Assembly: GCA_963764715.1 (NCBI GenBank)
Contig: CAVXTP010000009.1
Span: 64,001-128,000 of the forward strand
Reading direction: 5' to 3'
DNA from: an uncultured Acidobacteriota bacterium
GTDB lineage: Bacteria; Acidobacteriota; Thermoanaerobaculia; UBA5066; Gp7-AA6
Length of the DNA: 64,000 nucleotides
Part shown: piece after piece, positions 34,864 through 44,825 of the stretch
Layout: each line of letters opens with the position of its first letter
Numbering within the stretch: the stretch's first letter is position 1
Notes under the pieces: generated by a model
Told to the model about the DNA's origin: nothing
The model's input: only the letters and a program-made list of their open reading frames with translations
Database searches by the model: none
Position numbers and translations under genes: made by a program

Positions 34864-35283
34864 ATGAAACACCGCAGGATCGCCCGCCTCCTCGCCGGCG
34901 CGGCCTTCGCCGCGCTCTTCGCCTGGGTCGCCGCCGTGACGGCGGGCCGTGCCGCGGCGCTGGCTTCCGACCGGACCCCGCTCGACGGGGCGGCCGAGAG
35001 CCGATTCATGTCGTGGGCGTACCGGGACCCCGGGTTGATGGACCGTCTCGTCGCGGCCGGGCGCCGGCTCGGGCCGGGCGAGCCGGTCCTCGCCGTCTGC
35101 ACGCCCCGCTGCGACACGTCGTGGTACTGGACGATGGCGGCCTACGGGCTGTCCCGCCAGGCCGTGGTGGGCGCCAGGACCGAGGGCGACGTCGGGCGCC
35201 TCTTCCCGGTGCGCGTCGAGCGGAGCGCCCGGGACGTCCGGATCCTTCCGCGCTCCGAGCCGGGCCGCGATGGCCCTCGCTGA
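34864..35283 (+). CDS. Small membrane-anchored hypothetical protein
   Basis: Basic N-terminus plus a hydrophobic helix; overlaps the start of the next GT-C-like gene. Confidence 0.6.
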   Translation: MKHRRIARLLAGAAFAALFAWVAAVTAGRAAALASDRTPLDGAAESRFMSWAYRDPGLMDRLVAAGRRLGPGEPVLAVCTPRCDTSWYWTMAAYGLSRQAVVGARTEGDVGRLFPVRVERSARDVRILPRSEPGRDGPR

Positions 35284-36607
35284 GATCGCCGCCGGCGCGG
35301 CGGCCGCGGTCCTCGCGGGACGCTCCGCGCTGCCGCGCGCACGCGGCCTCTCGCCCGTCGCCTTCGCCGAGGACTTCGTCCTGGGTCTCGCGCTCGTCGT
35401 TCCGCTCGCCTTCGTCGCGGGAGTCCTGGGACTGCCCTGGAGCCCGCTGTCGATGCCCGTCCTGGCGCTCGTGCTGGCCGGGCTCCTTCGGCTCGCAGAC
35501 TCTCGAGGCGCGGCCGCCGCGACCGTGCCGTCGACGCCTGCCGGCTGGGTCGCGCGCGCGGCCCTGGGTCTCGCCGCGGCGGCCTTCCTCGTCGCCGCGT
35601 GGAAGTGGCTCCGGGCGCCGCTCTGGTCGTGGGACCACTTCGCCATCTGGGGCGTGAAGGCGCGTCGCCTCGTCCAGGACGGGGCCCTCGATCTCGAGTT
35701 CCTGAAGCTGCGGAAGTTCGTCCGGTCGAACCCGGACTATCCGATCGGCTTTCCGCTCGCCTGCCGCTTTCTTTCGCCCTCGGTTCCCGGGATGGCAGAG
35801 TTCCGCCTGATCCATGCGCTCTTCGCCGGGAGTCTCGCGGCCGCGGTCTACGGGGCCGCCCGGCGTCTCGAAGCGCCGCCCGCCGTCTCCGCCCTCGCGG
35901 CGGCGGTCCTGTCCGCATCGCCGCTCTTCTGGGACACGGAGGCTGTCGGCCTCGCCGATCTCCCGATGGTGTGCGTCGCCACCGTCGCCGTGCGGCTCGT
36001 TCTCCAGTCGCGCGACGATGCGCGTTTCCCGGCGTGGACGGCCGGCGCGGCGCTCGGCTTCCTCGGCTGGATGAAGACGGAGGGGTTCGTCCTCGGGGCT
36101 CTCCTCGCGCTTTTCGCCGCCGTGCTCCTGCGCAACGGACGCCGGGGCGGAGGAGATGCCCGCGTCCCGCTCCTGTCGGCGTGGCTCGCGTGGAGTCTCG
36201 GCGCGCTCGCCGTCCGGCGGTGGTGGCTCGTTCCCGGAATCGGATTCTTCGAGGGCGACTGGGCCGACCGCGTCGGCGCGCGGGTCCGCTCCACGGGAAC
36301 CCTTCTCTCCGCGATGCTCGGGAACCTCGGCGGGGCCGAGTGGCTGGGAATCTGGTATCTCTTCGCCGCGGCCGTGACCGTCGCGCTCGTCCTCCGGGCG
36401 CCGGAGGCGGGGCTCCTCGGTCTCGCCGTCCTCGGGCAGTTCGGCTTCTACGCCTTCGTCTACCTCGGGACGTACCTCGATCCGCTCGAGCACGTCGAGT
36501 CGTCGTTCCACCGGCTGGCGGCCGCGGTCGCGCCGCTGGCGCTCCTCGCCGTCGCCGCCGCGGTCGCCGCGCTTTTGAGGCCGCGCGGGCGGGAGGCCGA
36601 GGCTTGA
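35270..36607 (+). CDS. GT-C-like polytopic membrane protein
   Basis: PLWSWDHFAIWGVKA, NPDYP, LADLP, WMKTEG motifs; about ten TM helices. Confidence 0.7.
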   Translation: MALAEIAAGAAAAVLAGRSALPRARGLSPVAFAEDFVLGLALVVPLAFVAGVLGLPWSPLSMPVLALVLAGLLRLADSRGAAAATVPSTPAGWVARAALGLAAAAFLVAAWKWLRAPLWSWDHFAIWGVKARRLVQDGALDLEFLKLRKFVRSNPDYPIGFPLACRFLSPSVPGMAEFRLIHALFAGSLAAAVYGAARRLEAPPAVSALAAAVLSASPLFWDTEAVGLADLPMVCVATVAVRLVLQSRDDARFPAWTAGAALGFLGWMKTEGFVLGALLALFAAVLLRNGRRGGGDARVPLLSAWLAWSLGALAVRRWWLVPGIGFFEGDWADRVGARVRSTGTLLSAMLGNLGGAEWLGIWYLFAAAVTVALVLRAPEAGLLGLAVLGQFGFYAFVYLGTYLDPLEHVESSFHRLAAAVAPLALLAVAAAVAALLRPRGREAEA

Positions 36608-36614
36608 GCCGGCG

Positions 36615-37739
36615 TCAGCGCGGGTGCGTCGGCAGGCGGGCCGCGGAGGCCGGTTCGGGCGCGTCCGTGCCGCGCAGGCGGTAGAGCGCCGTCCGCCGTT
36701 CGCCGCAGGTCGCGCAGGTGCCGATCGGTTTGCCCGAGCGCAGGCCGTCGCGGATGCGCTTCAGGGGCGCTCCCGCGGCGATCCGGTCGAGCGAGTCCGC
36801 CGGATAGAACCCGATCGGATCGGCTTCCCAGTAGATGCACGGGCTCACGGCCCCGTTGGGCCGGATGACGTAGTTGCGGTCGGGATAGGCGCAGCCGAAG
36901 AGTCCCTGGAACCACGAGTACCGCCAGTACTCGGGCCGGTCGAGCCCGGCGCGCACGCGCCAGAGCCGGCGGCGCGCCCTCGCGAAGAGGCCCTGTTCGA
37001 CGTGCTCGGGCTCGAACTGCGGATACGACGCGAGCCGGATCCCGCGGCGGACCGCGTCGTGCGCCGCGGCGGAGAGCTCGGCGTTCAGCTCCCGCGGGTC
37101 GACGTCCGAGAGGAGCTCCTTCGACACGTCGACGCCCGGCGTCGGCGAGACGAAGCGCACGTCGATGTCGGAGGCGCCCTGGTCGGCCGCGAACTCGGGC
37201 AGGCGCGCGAGGTCTCCCCGGTTCGACTGCATCCACGTGAAGATGATCCGCAGGCACGGCGTCTTCGATTTCGCGGCGGAGCGGACCCGCCGCAGCGTCT
37301 CGAGGCAGGCGAGCAGCCGCTCCCACTTCGCCGGGACGCGGATCTTCTCGTACGACTCCTTCGTCGTCCCGTCGATCGAGGCTGCGACCGTCGCGACCCG
37401 CGCGCGGACCAGGGCCTCGGCCGTCGCGTCGGTCAGGGCGAGGAGGTTCGTCGGAAACCAGAGATCCGGCACGCCGTAACGGCCGGCGATCGCGACGATC
37501 TCCTTGAACTTCGGGTGGATCATCGGCTCGGCGGCGCAGGCGAGGGCGACGCGCCAGGCCTTCGGGAAGAGGTCCGCGGCGATCTTTTCGAACACCTCGA
37601 CGGGCATGTTCCCGTCGTCCGAGAGCTCCCGGTCGAACGGCGGAAACGCGAGCCGGTCGGTGTTCGCGAAGTAACACATGACGCACTTCAGGTTGCAGCG
37701 CGCCGTGAGGTCCAGGATCACGTTCAGGGGCCGCGGCAT
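36615..37739 (-). CDS. Radical SAM protein with SPASM/twitch C-terminal domain
   Basis: CNLKCVMC, AEPMIHP, SIDG..YEKIR; C-terminal C..P...IRPNGAVSPC...CATC. Confidence 0.9.
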   Translation of the reverse strand: MPRPLNVILDLTARCNLKCVMCYFANTDRLAFPPFDRELSDDGNMPVEVFEKIAADLFPKAWRVALACAAEPMIHPKFKEIVAIAGRYGVPDLWFPTNLLALTDATAEALVRARVATVAASIDGTTKESYEKIRVPAKWERLLACLETLRRVRSAAKSKTPCLRIIFTWMQSNRGDLARLPEFAADQGASDIDVRFVSPTPGVDVSKELLSDVDPRELNAELSAAAHDAVRRGIRLASYPQFEPEHVEQGLFARARRRLWRVRAGLDRPEYWRYSWFQGLFGCAYPDRNYVIRPNGAVSPCIYWEADPIGFYPADSLDRIAAGAPLKRIRDGLRSGKPIGTCATCGERRTALYRLRGTDAPEPASAARLPTHPR

Positions 37740-37751
37740 CGCGCGATTATG

Positions 37752-38606
37752 TCATCCGTCGCGGCGCCGGCCGACGAAGACGGTGTGCGTCGGCGAGAGG
37801 ATTCCGAGGGACGTCAGGTGCGCCTCCGCCGCGCACAGCACCTCGAGGAGCCGCTCGTCCTCGCTCGATCCCGACCGATGATTGCGGGCCAAGCCGGTCA
37901 GGAGCGGATGGAGGAGCCCGCCGCCGCCCGAGAGCTCGGCCTCGGCGCGGAACGCGCGGCGCGCGCAAGGAAGGAGCTGGTCGCTCTCGGCGGCCTCGAG
38001 CGGAGTCTCGCGGGCGAGCCGCGCGGCGTCGAGCCGGTCGCGCCGCCAGGAGCGGGATCCCGTGTCCGGGTCGGCGCGCCACCGGTCGGGGAGCAGGCGG
38101 AAATACCGCCCGACGACGTCCATCGCCGCGTCGGAGTGCTGGAAGCGCGGCGGCCCGGTGTACTCGGAGAAGACGAAGCGCCCGTTCCCCGCGAGCGCGT
38201 CGTGGATCCGGGCGAATATCGATTCGATGGCGGGCGCGCGGTGAAGCAGGTCGTGCGCGATGATCGCGTCCCACGGCCCGGCCGGGATCGGATCGCGGGC
38301 GGGATCGAGCACGGCGTAGGCGAGAGTCGCGAGGGCGGCCCGCCGCGCCTCCCGCGCCGCGGCCTCGACCGTCGCAGGGTCCGGATCCGTGGCGAGGATC
38401 GCGCCCACGCCTTCGGTCCGGACGAGGGCCCGTTCGAGAAACCCGTTGCCGCAACCGAGAACGAGGGTCCGCTCGAGCCGGCGGGGGAGGAACTCCCGGC
38501 GCACGAACGAGAGCCAGTCGCACGCGGGATCCCCGGTCGCCGTCCGGTTGAGGTGCCGCTGCAGGGCGGCCGACGGCACCCAGAACGGCGAGCCGGGCCG
38601 GCTCAC
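37752..38606 (-). CDS. Class I SAM-dependent methyltransferase
   Basis: GTGA overlap with the YfhO-family gene; LVLGCGNG; FSEYTGPPRFQ. Paralog of 41079-41984. Confidence 0.85.
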   Translation of the reverse strand: MSRPGSPFWVPSAALQRHLNRTATGDPACDWLSFVRREFLPRRLERTLVLGCGNGFLERALVRTEGVGAILATDPDPATVEAAAREARRAALATLAYAVLDPARDPIPAGPWDAIIAHDLLHRAPAIESIFARIHDALAGNGRFVFSEYTGPPRFQHSDAAMDVVGRYFRLLPDRWRADPDTGSRSWRRDRLDAARLARETPLEAAESDQLLPCARRAFRAEAELSGGGGLLHPLLTGLARNHRSGSSEDERLLEVLCAAEAHLTSLGILSPTHTVFVGRRRDG

Positions 38607-41038
38607 GCGGTCACCCGCGGGCCTCTGCGCCGCCCGGCCGCGCCGACGAGCACGGCGAGAGTCGCCACCGAGATCCACGTTCCGGCGACGAATCCGGGCG
38701 GGCTGTATCGGAGAACGACGCGCCTCGTGCCCGCGGGCATTCGCAGAGCGAGGAAGGGACCGTTGGCCGGGCTCACGGGAATCGTCGCGCCCTCCGCTCC
38801 GCGCGCCGACCAGCCCCCGTCCTGGACGAGCGAGAGGACGATCCAGGCGCCGGCCGCGCCGACTTTCGCATCGAAGGAGGCGCCGTTGACCGACTCGCGG
38901 TAACCCGTGACCTCCGCCTCGCCGCCCGGCTCCTCGCCGTCGCGGTCCGCGAGCACCCACGCGCGGCCGCGCCAGTCGCGGTTGGCGGCGATCTCGGAAA
39001 ACGCCGGACCGAACGCCGCGTTGGCGTCCGATCCGCGCGCAACGGCCGGCGCCGCGGCGATGAGCCGCACCGTCTTCGGAACGAACGCCCGCGGCAGGAC
39101 CGTCGGGCTCTCGAAGACCTGACCGTCGACCCCCGCGTAGACCGGCCGCCAGCGGTCGAGAGGCAGCACCGCGCCCGGCGCCGTGACGAGATAGCGCGCG
39201 TTCAGGAAATCGAGCACCGGGGAGCTCGGATCGCGGAGCGTCTTGAAGTAGTCGCCGGGGGCGTAGCCGGCGGTCGCGTCGAGGAACGCGACATAGTCGC
39301 GGCGCTCCACCGGGTCGTGCGTGCGCACGTCCTCGAGGCCGGCGAAGACGTTCGTCGAGGGAAAGAGGGCCGTGCCGGCGCCGGCGACCCGGAAGGGGCC
39401 CGGACGCTCGCGCAGGAAGCGCACGAGGGGCGTCTCGGGGTAGAAGAGCGCGGGCGAGAAGAGGCGATAGTGGCTGCGCCACTGATAGAGCAGGTCCGCG
39501 GCGCAGAGGATGGTCAGGCCGGCGGCGTAGAGGCCGGTCCGCGCCCGCGTCAGGAGCGCGAGCCCCGAGGCGAGTCCGAGGAGACCGACGGTGATGGCGA
39601 GCTGGCGCTTCTGGAAGCCGAGCGCGCCGGGGGCCGTGAGCTCCGGTTCGAGGTGCACGAACCAGAGCGCCGCCGCGGCGGCGAGCACGAGCGGCGCGAG
39701 GACCGCGCCCCACGTGGCCCCGGGCCGCTCGGCGCGGTCCCGCGCGTAGCGATCGAGCTCCATGGCGGCGAGCGCGGGCCCGGCGAGCGCGGCCCACGAG
39801 GCGAAGCGCAGCGGGAAGACCTGGCGCAGGAAAGGAATCGCGCCGAAGATCTCGGCGAAGGGCCAGAGGGCGATCGAGACCCCGAGGCCGCAGACGACGA
39901 GGCCGGCGAGCACCCACGCGGCCGGGCCGCGCGCGGAGCCCGGACGGAAGAAGAGGAGCAGGGCCGCCCACCCGACGATGCCGAAGTAGCCGAGGGCCAT
40001 TTCGGGAAACGCCCCCGTGACGCCCGAAAGCTGCGGCGCGTGGACGAGGTCGCCGAGCGAACGCGGGAAGAAGGCCGTCGCGAGGCCGCGCCACAGGGCG
40101 CCATGGGGCACGAGCGAGAGGGCGCCGCTCCAGTGGGGCCGGGCGGCGAGGACCATGCGGTTCGACGCGTCGATCGCGAGGGCCGTCGGCACGAGGACGA
40201 ACGCGGCGAGGCCCGCGGCCGCCGCGCCGGAGACGAGCACGCCACCCGCGACGCGGCCGGCGTCGGGAAGGCCCCGCAGCGCCCGGCGGCCACCGATCCA
40301 GAGGGCCAGGAATGCCAGTCCGAGCGCGACGCTTTCGGGGTGACCCGCGAGTGCCGCCGCGAGGAAGACGGCGCCGAGCGCGCAGAGGGCCCGAGCCCGG
40401 CCGTTGGCGTCGCGCGAGCGCTCCGCGAGAAAGAGCATCCAGGGCCAGAGGCAGAAGACGGCCGTGTGCGGAAAGAAGATCCACTGGGAAAACGTCATCG
40501 ACAGCGGGTAGGCGACCGCGGCAAAGAGGGCGGCGCGAGGAGACACCGAGAGCTCGCGGAGCCAGAGCCAGGTTCCGGCGGCGGCCAGGACGAGCTTCGC
40601 CGAGCCCGCGGCGAGAAACGCTCCGAGGAGCGGCAGCGGAAGCGTCAGCAGCGTGAAGAACGAGAACGCCGCCGACTGCGCGTTTCCGGCGAGCGGCGTC
40701 CCGCAGCCGTTCCACCGGTCGCGCAGCGGCAGCTCGCCGCCCTTGTACGCGGCGCGGACGGCCTTCGCCCACGGCAGCATCTGCATGACCACGTCGTTCA
40801 GGTAGGGGTTGGACGGGAGTCCCCGGCCCGGGACGAGCCACGGAGTCGTCGTGGCCACGTGCTCGAGGGGAAGGATCGTCCGGCCGGGCAGGAACGCGCG
40901 GGGGAAGGGAGCGAGGCCGAGCGCGAAGAAGAGCACGAGGGCTCCGAACGGGATGGGCCGGCGGAGGAACCGGGCCGCGATTCCGGCGGCGGCCGCCGTC
41001 GCCGCCAGGAAGAGGAGAACGGCGAGCGAAGTCAGCAT
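38603..41038 (-). CDS. YfhO-family (GT-C) membrane protein
   Basis: GELPLRDRWNGCGTPLAGN, AGHPE, many TM helices; C-terminal LPRAF...GWSA...ANGPFLAL..PAG...LRYSP. Confidence 0.85.
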   Translation of the reverse strand: MLTSLAVLLFLAATAAAAGIAARFLRRPIPFGALVLFFALGLAPFPRAFLPGRTILPLEHVATTTPWLVPGRGLPSNPYLNDVVMQMLPWAKAVRAAYKGGELPLRDRWNGCGTPLAGNAQSAAFSFFTLLTLPLPLLGAFLAAGSAKLVLAAAGTWLWLRELSVSPRAALFAAVAYPLSMTFSQWIFFPHTAVFCLWPWMLFLAERSRDANGRARALCALGAVFLAAALAGHPESVALGLAFLALWIGGRRALRGLPDAGRVAGGVLVSGAAAAGLAAFVLVPTALAIDASNRMVLAARPHWSGALSLVPHGALWRGLATAFFPRSLGDLVHAPQLSGVTGAFPEMALGYFGIVGWAALLLFFRPGSARGPAAWVLAGLVVCGLGVSIALWPFAEIFGAIPFLRQVFPLRFASWAALAGPALAAMELDRYARDRAERPGATWGAVLAPLVLAAAAALWFVHLEPELTAPGALGFQKRQLAITVGLLGLASGLALLTRARTGLYAAGLTILCAADLLYQWRSHYRLFSPALFYPETPLVRFLRERPGPFRVAGAGTALFPSTNVFAGLEDVRTHDPVERRDYVAFLDATAGYAPGDYFKTLRDPSSPVLDFLNARYLVTAPGAVLPLDRWRPVYAGVDGQVFESPTVLPRAFVPKTVRLIAAAPAVARGSDANAAFGPAFSEIAANRDWRGRAWVLADRDGEEPGGEAEVTGYRESVNGASFDAKVGAAGAWIVLSLVQDGGWSARGAEGATIPVSPANGPFLALRMPAGTRRVVLRYSPPGFVAGTWISVATLAVLVGAAGRRRGPRVTA

Positions 41039-41078
41039 GGCCGGGGCCGGGACGGGCTCTCGCCCGGCCCGGAGTGTC

Positions 41079-41984
41079 CTAGCCTCCGTCCCCGGTCGCG
41101 GCGCGGCCGTTCCTGCGCGCGCCGATGAAGATGTGGAAGTCGGGCTCGAGCGCGCCCGAGCGCGTCAGGCGGTCTTCGGCGTCGCAGAGGATTTCGAGGA
41201 GCGCGTCGTCGCGGCCGGGCTGGAAGCCCAGGATCACGCCGAAGAGCAGCGGATTGAGCAGCCCGCCGCCGTACGGGATCTCGGTAACCGGGCAGAAGGC
41301 GGCGCGCGCGAGCGGAAGGACGTCCTCGCTGCGGACGGCCTCGGTCGGGTCCTCCGCGGCGAGCCGCGCGGCGTCGACGCGGGTCCGTTTCCAGAGCGGC
41401 TTGTTGGTCACCGGGTCCCAGCGCAGGTTGTCGGGAAACAGGCGGAAATACCGGTTGATGAGCTCGATCCGCTCGTCGTCGTACTGGAACCGGTTGGGAC
41501 CGACGTACTCGTTGAACACGAACCGGCCGCGCGGCGCGAGGGCGTCGTGGATCAGCCCGTACAGGCGCTCGAGCCCGGTGATGTGGTGCAGGACGTCGTT
41601 GGCGATGATCGCGTCGAAGGGGCCCGGGGGAAGCTCCTCGTGCTCCAGGTCGACGACGCGGTACTCGATCGAGGTCCGGCCCTCGGCGAGGGCCCGCTCC
41701 CGCGCCCGGCCCACCGTTTCGGGCGCGGCGTCGCAGGCCACGATCGCCTCCACCCCGCCCTTGTCCGCGAGCGCCCGTTCCAGCCAGCCCGAGCCGCAGC
41801 CCAGCACGAGCGCGCGGTGGACGACCGCCGGCAGGTATCGGACGCGAACGGCGGTGAGCCAGTCGGAGTTCGGGTCGCCCGTGGCGAGGCGGTGAAGGTA
41901 GCGCCGGACGACGGGCGAGGCCGTCCAGACGAGCGACTCGAGCTGCGTCGTGAACGCCGCGTCGTTCCAATGCGAGTCGTGCAT
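41079..41984 (-). CDS. Class I SAM-dependent methyltransferase
   Basis: LVLGCGSG, FDAII..VLHH, FNEYVGPNRFQ, DPTEAVRS. Confidence 0.88.
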   Translation of the reverse strand: MHDSHWNDAAFTTQLESLVWTASPVVRRYLHRLATGDPNSDWLTAVRVRYLPAVVHRALVLGCGSGWLERALADKGGVEAIVACDAAPETVGRARERALAEGRTSIEYRVVDLEHEELPPGPFDAIIANDVLHHITGLERLYGLIHDALAPRGRFVFNEYVGPNRFQYDDERIELINRYFRLFPDNLRWDPVTNKPLWKRTRVDAARLAAEDPTEAVRSEDVLPLARAAFCPVTEIPYGGGLLNPLLFGVILGFQPGRDDALLEILCDAEDRLTRSGALEPDFHIFIGARRNGRAATGDGG

Positions 41985-42029
41985 GGCGCACGCCGATCAT
42001 AGCCGCAGACCCCACCCGGAATTTCGGGC

Positions 42030-44051
42030 TCAGGGCCCGGGGCGGCGCCGGCCGAGGAGGCGCGTTCCGACGCGGCCCGCCGGCGCGTAATGGCGATCCA
42101 GGTATTCCGCGACGCGCGGCGCGCGTATCCGGCTCGACACGCCGTCGAACGTGTCGAGGAGCGTCCCGGACGCGAGGATCGCGAGGGGCGGCTTTTCCCG
42201 CTCGAGGGCCGCGATGACCTCGCGCTCTTCGGCCTCGCCCTCGTAGAAGGGGACGCTGCCGTACCGGACCGGCGGGCGGCGGTCGAGCAGGAAGTACAGC
42301 GCGGGCTCGTTGCCGAAGTCGAAAAAGGTCTGGCCGTCCGACAGCTCCCGGTCCACGACGCGGCGAAGCGCCTCGAGGTCCTCGGCCTGAGCGCACGGTA
42401 CGCTGGCGTTGCCGCTTCGCGGGATCGCCCGGCGGCAGTCGGCCGGACCGGCGGGGCGTTGCATGAGCCACCATGCGATGAAGGGGTAGCGGTGCGGCTC
42501 GATCCGAACGACGAGGGCAATCGAGAGCGCGGGCGCCCAGAGCCACGGAGCGTGCGTGGCGCGAGCCGCACGATAGACCAGCCACGCGGCCGGCAACGCG
42601 ACGAAGACGCCGTACAGGGCGAGGTGGCCCGAGTCGGCGCGGCCGAGCACGCCCCGCAGGGCGAGGATCGAGAACCAGGTGGCCGCCACGGCGCCCCGGT
42701 CGGCCGCGGAGAGCCCCGGGCCCGCCGCTCGGAAGAGGAGCACGGCCGCGGCGACTGCGAGGACGACGGCGTGGAAGAGCCACGGGACGCCGGTCCCGCG
42801 CAGCAGCGTCTCGAGGACCGCGCGTCCCCCGCCCTCCTGGAGGAGGGACGCCGAAGACGGCGCCGGCACGCTCCAGATGTCCGAGATCCGCGACGGCAGG
42901 GAAACGAAGGAGACGTCGACGAACGCGCCGAGGGCGCGGTCGCGCGCGAGCGTCACGAGAAAGGGCGCGCTCCCGAGGGCGGCGCCCGCCCCGAGCCAGA
43001 GAAGAGCGCCCGCGGCCTTCCGGCTCTTCTCGAGGACCGCGAGGCTCGCCGCCGTCGCGGCGGCCGCGACGAGAAGGAAGATCCCGAAATCGAGGGAGTA
43101 GAAGAGCGCGGCGGCCGAGACCGCGCCCGCCAGCGCCCAGGCCCGCCGGCTTCCGTCGCCGGCGGCGTGGATCGATGCGGCGAGTCCCGCGAAGGCGGCG
43201 GCCTGCCGGTCGGACGGAATGGGGCACAGGCCCATGGCGAGCAGGAAGGCCGTGACGCTCCAGAGGGTGCGACGAAAGAGAATCCAGCATGCCAGGCCGA
43301 GCAGCGCGACGCCGAGCGCCGTGACGACGGCGTGGCGCCAGCGGAGCGTCTCCAGGGTCGGAGCGAAGATCCGGAAGAGCAGGCCGTCGACGCCGCCGTC
43401 CGAGCCCCAGCCGTGGACGGGATACGTGTCCCGGAAGGGCGCGCCGCCTGACAGATAGCTCTGGGCCGGGGCGAGCATCGTCCCCTGTTCGAAGAGGTCG
43501 ACCGGGCCGTGCGGTCGCCAGAACATCCGCATCGTGGCCGCGAAGAGGAGCAGCAGGGCGATCACGAGGGCGATCGGGACCTTCGCCGGGCCAGTGTCCT
43601 CGACGGGTCCCACCGGACCGGTGAACGCATCGGCCGGCCGCCGGGGGCTCGAGCGCCCGAGAAGCGCGGGCCCGAAGATGGACGCCAGGACGGTCCCGAG
43701 GCTCGCGAGGAGGGCCGCCGCGAGGCTCGCCCCCGGCGAAACGCCCGAACGCCAGAGCAGGAGCGCCGAGCTCATCGTGACGCCGGGAAGCGCGACCGCG
43801 TGGCCGCCGCGCCGCCGGATGGCGTCCGGGAGGGCGCGGCCGAAGACGAAAGCCGCCGCCGGGGCGAGGAGGACGAGCACGGCGGCCTCGGCGAAGGTCG
43901 ACGCCTTGATGTCGCCCGAGGCCATCATGCTTCCGGGAAGCCGCGGCGGCCCGGTGAGATCCGCGGCGACCCGGCGCGCGATCGGGAGGAGGGGAAGGAC
44001 TCCGGCCGCGCCACCGAGACCGCCCAGGGCACGCCGCAGCGCCAGCCTCAC
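42030..44051 (-). CDS. GT-C-like polytopic membrane protein
   Basis: DLFEQG...GGAPFRDTYPVHG loop, YSLDFG, many TMs; C-terminal FFDFGNEPALYFLLDR. Confidence 0.7.
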   Translation of the reverse strand: MRLALRRALGGLGGAAGVLPLLPIARRVAADLTGPPRLPGSMMASGDIKASTFAEAAVLVLLAPAAAFVFGRALPDAIRRRGGHAVALPGVTMSSALLLWRSGVSPGASLAAALLASLGTVLASIFGPALLGRSSPRRPADAFTGPVGPVEDTGPAKVPIALVIALLLLFAATMRMFWRPHGPVDLFEQGTMLAPAQSYLSGGAPFRDTYPVHGWGSDGGVDGLLFRIFAPTLETLRWRHAVVTALGVALLGLACWILFRRTLWSVTAFLLAMGLCPIPSDRQAAAFAGLAASIHAAGDGSRRAWALAGAVSAAALFYSLDFGIFLLVAAAATAASLAVLEKSRKAAGALLWLGAGAALGSAPFLVTLARDRALGAFVDVSFVSLPSRISDIWSVPAPSSASLLQEGGGRAVLETLLRGTGVPWLFHAVVLAVAAAVLLFRAAGPGLSAADRGAVAATWFSILALRGVLGRADSGHLALYGVFVALPAAWLVYRAARATHAPWLWAPALSIALVVRIEPHRYPFIAWWLMQRPAGPADCRRAIPRSGNASVPCAQAEDLEALRRVVDRELSDGQTFFDFGNEPALYFLLDRRPPVRYGSVPFYEGEAEEREVIAALEREKPPLAILASGTLLDTFDGVSSRIRAPRVAEYLDRHYAPAGRVGTRLLGRRRPGP

Positions 44052-44111
44052 GATCGGAGTTTACGTTTCCGGCCGGCCGGGCGTCGCGCCACGCCCTGCT
44101 AGCATCGGGGC

Positions 44112-44810
44112 GTGCGCGACGTGCCGTTCACGCGGTCGCTCCCCGGCCGGCTCTGGCGCCGGCGCGAGTCGATGCGGTCGGACTGGGAGCGCCGGGCCCG
44201 CGAGAATGCGCCGTTCTACATCTGCACGACGGCCGCCGAGTCGGCCGAGGCGTTCGCCGCGTCCGGCGAGAAGGACCTCGCCGAGCAGGTCGTCGACGGG
44301 CTGCCCGTTTCTCCCGGCTGGTCGGTGCTCGAGATCGGCTGCGGGATCGGCCGCCTGCTCAAGCCCCTCTCGCGGCGGGTCGCTCGGGCGATCGGCGTCG
44401 ATCTCTCGGAGGAGATGATCCGCCGGGGGCGCGAGTACTGCGCCGACCGCGACAACGTCGAGCTTCGCCGGACCGACGGGTCTCTCGACTTCCTGCGCGA
44501 CGGCGAGCTCGACTTCGTCTACTCGCACATCGTCTTCCAGCACCTGCCCCGCAAGGCCTACGTCGAGCGTTACTTCCGCGAATCCGCCCGGGTCCTGAAG
44601 CCCGGCGGCTGGCTGCGCGTGCAGGTCGACGGCCGCTCGCGGCAGTTCTTCCGCCGGTGGGTGGCGGACTCCTGGTCCGGGGTCGTCTTCTCGGCCCGCG
44701 AGCTGACGCGCCGCCTCGAACGCGCGGGCTTTCGCGTCACCGAGATCCGGGGCGCGGGGACGCAGTACCTCCGGGCGACCGCGGTGCGGCTCGGGCCCCC
44801 GCCGGGCTGA
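44112..44810 (+). CDS. Class I SAM-dependent methyltransferase
   Basis: VLEIGCGIGR, GVDLSEEM, DFVYSHIVFQH, RVLKPGG. Confidence 0.92.
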   Translation: MRDVPFTRSLPGRLWRRRESMRSDWERRARENAPFYICTTAAESAEAFAASGEKDLAEQVVDGLPVSPGWSVLEIGCGIGRLLKPLSRRVARAIGVDLSEEMIRRGREYCADRDNVELRRTDGSLDFLRDGELDFVYSHIVFQHLPRKAYVERYFRESARVLKPGGWLRVQVDGRSRQFFRRWVADSWSGVVFSARELTRRLERAGFRVTEIRGAGTQYLRATAVRLGPPPG

Positions 44811-44825
44811 GGGCGGAGGCGGCGG

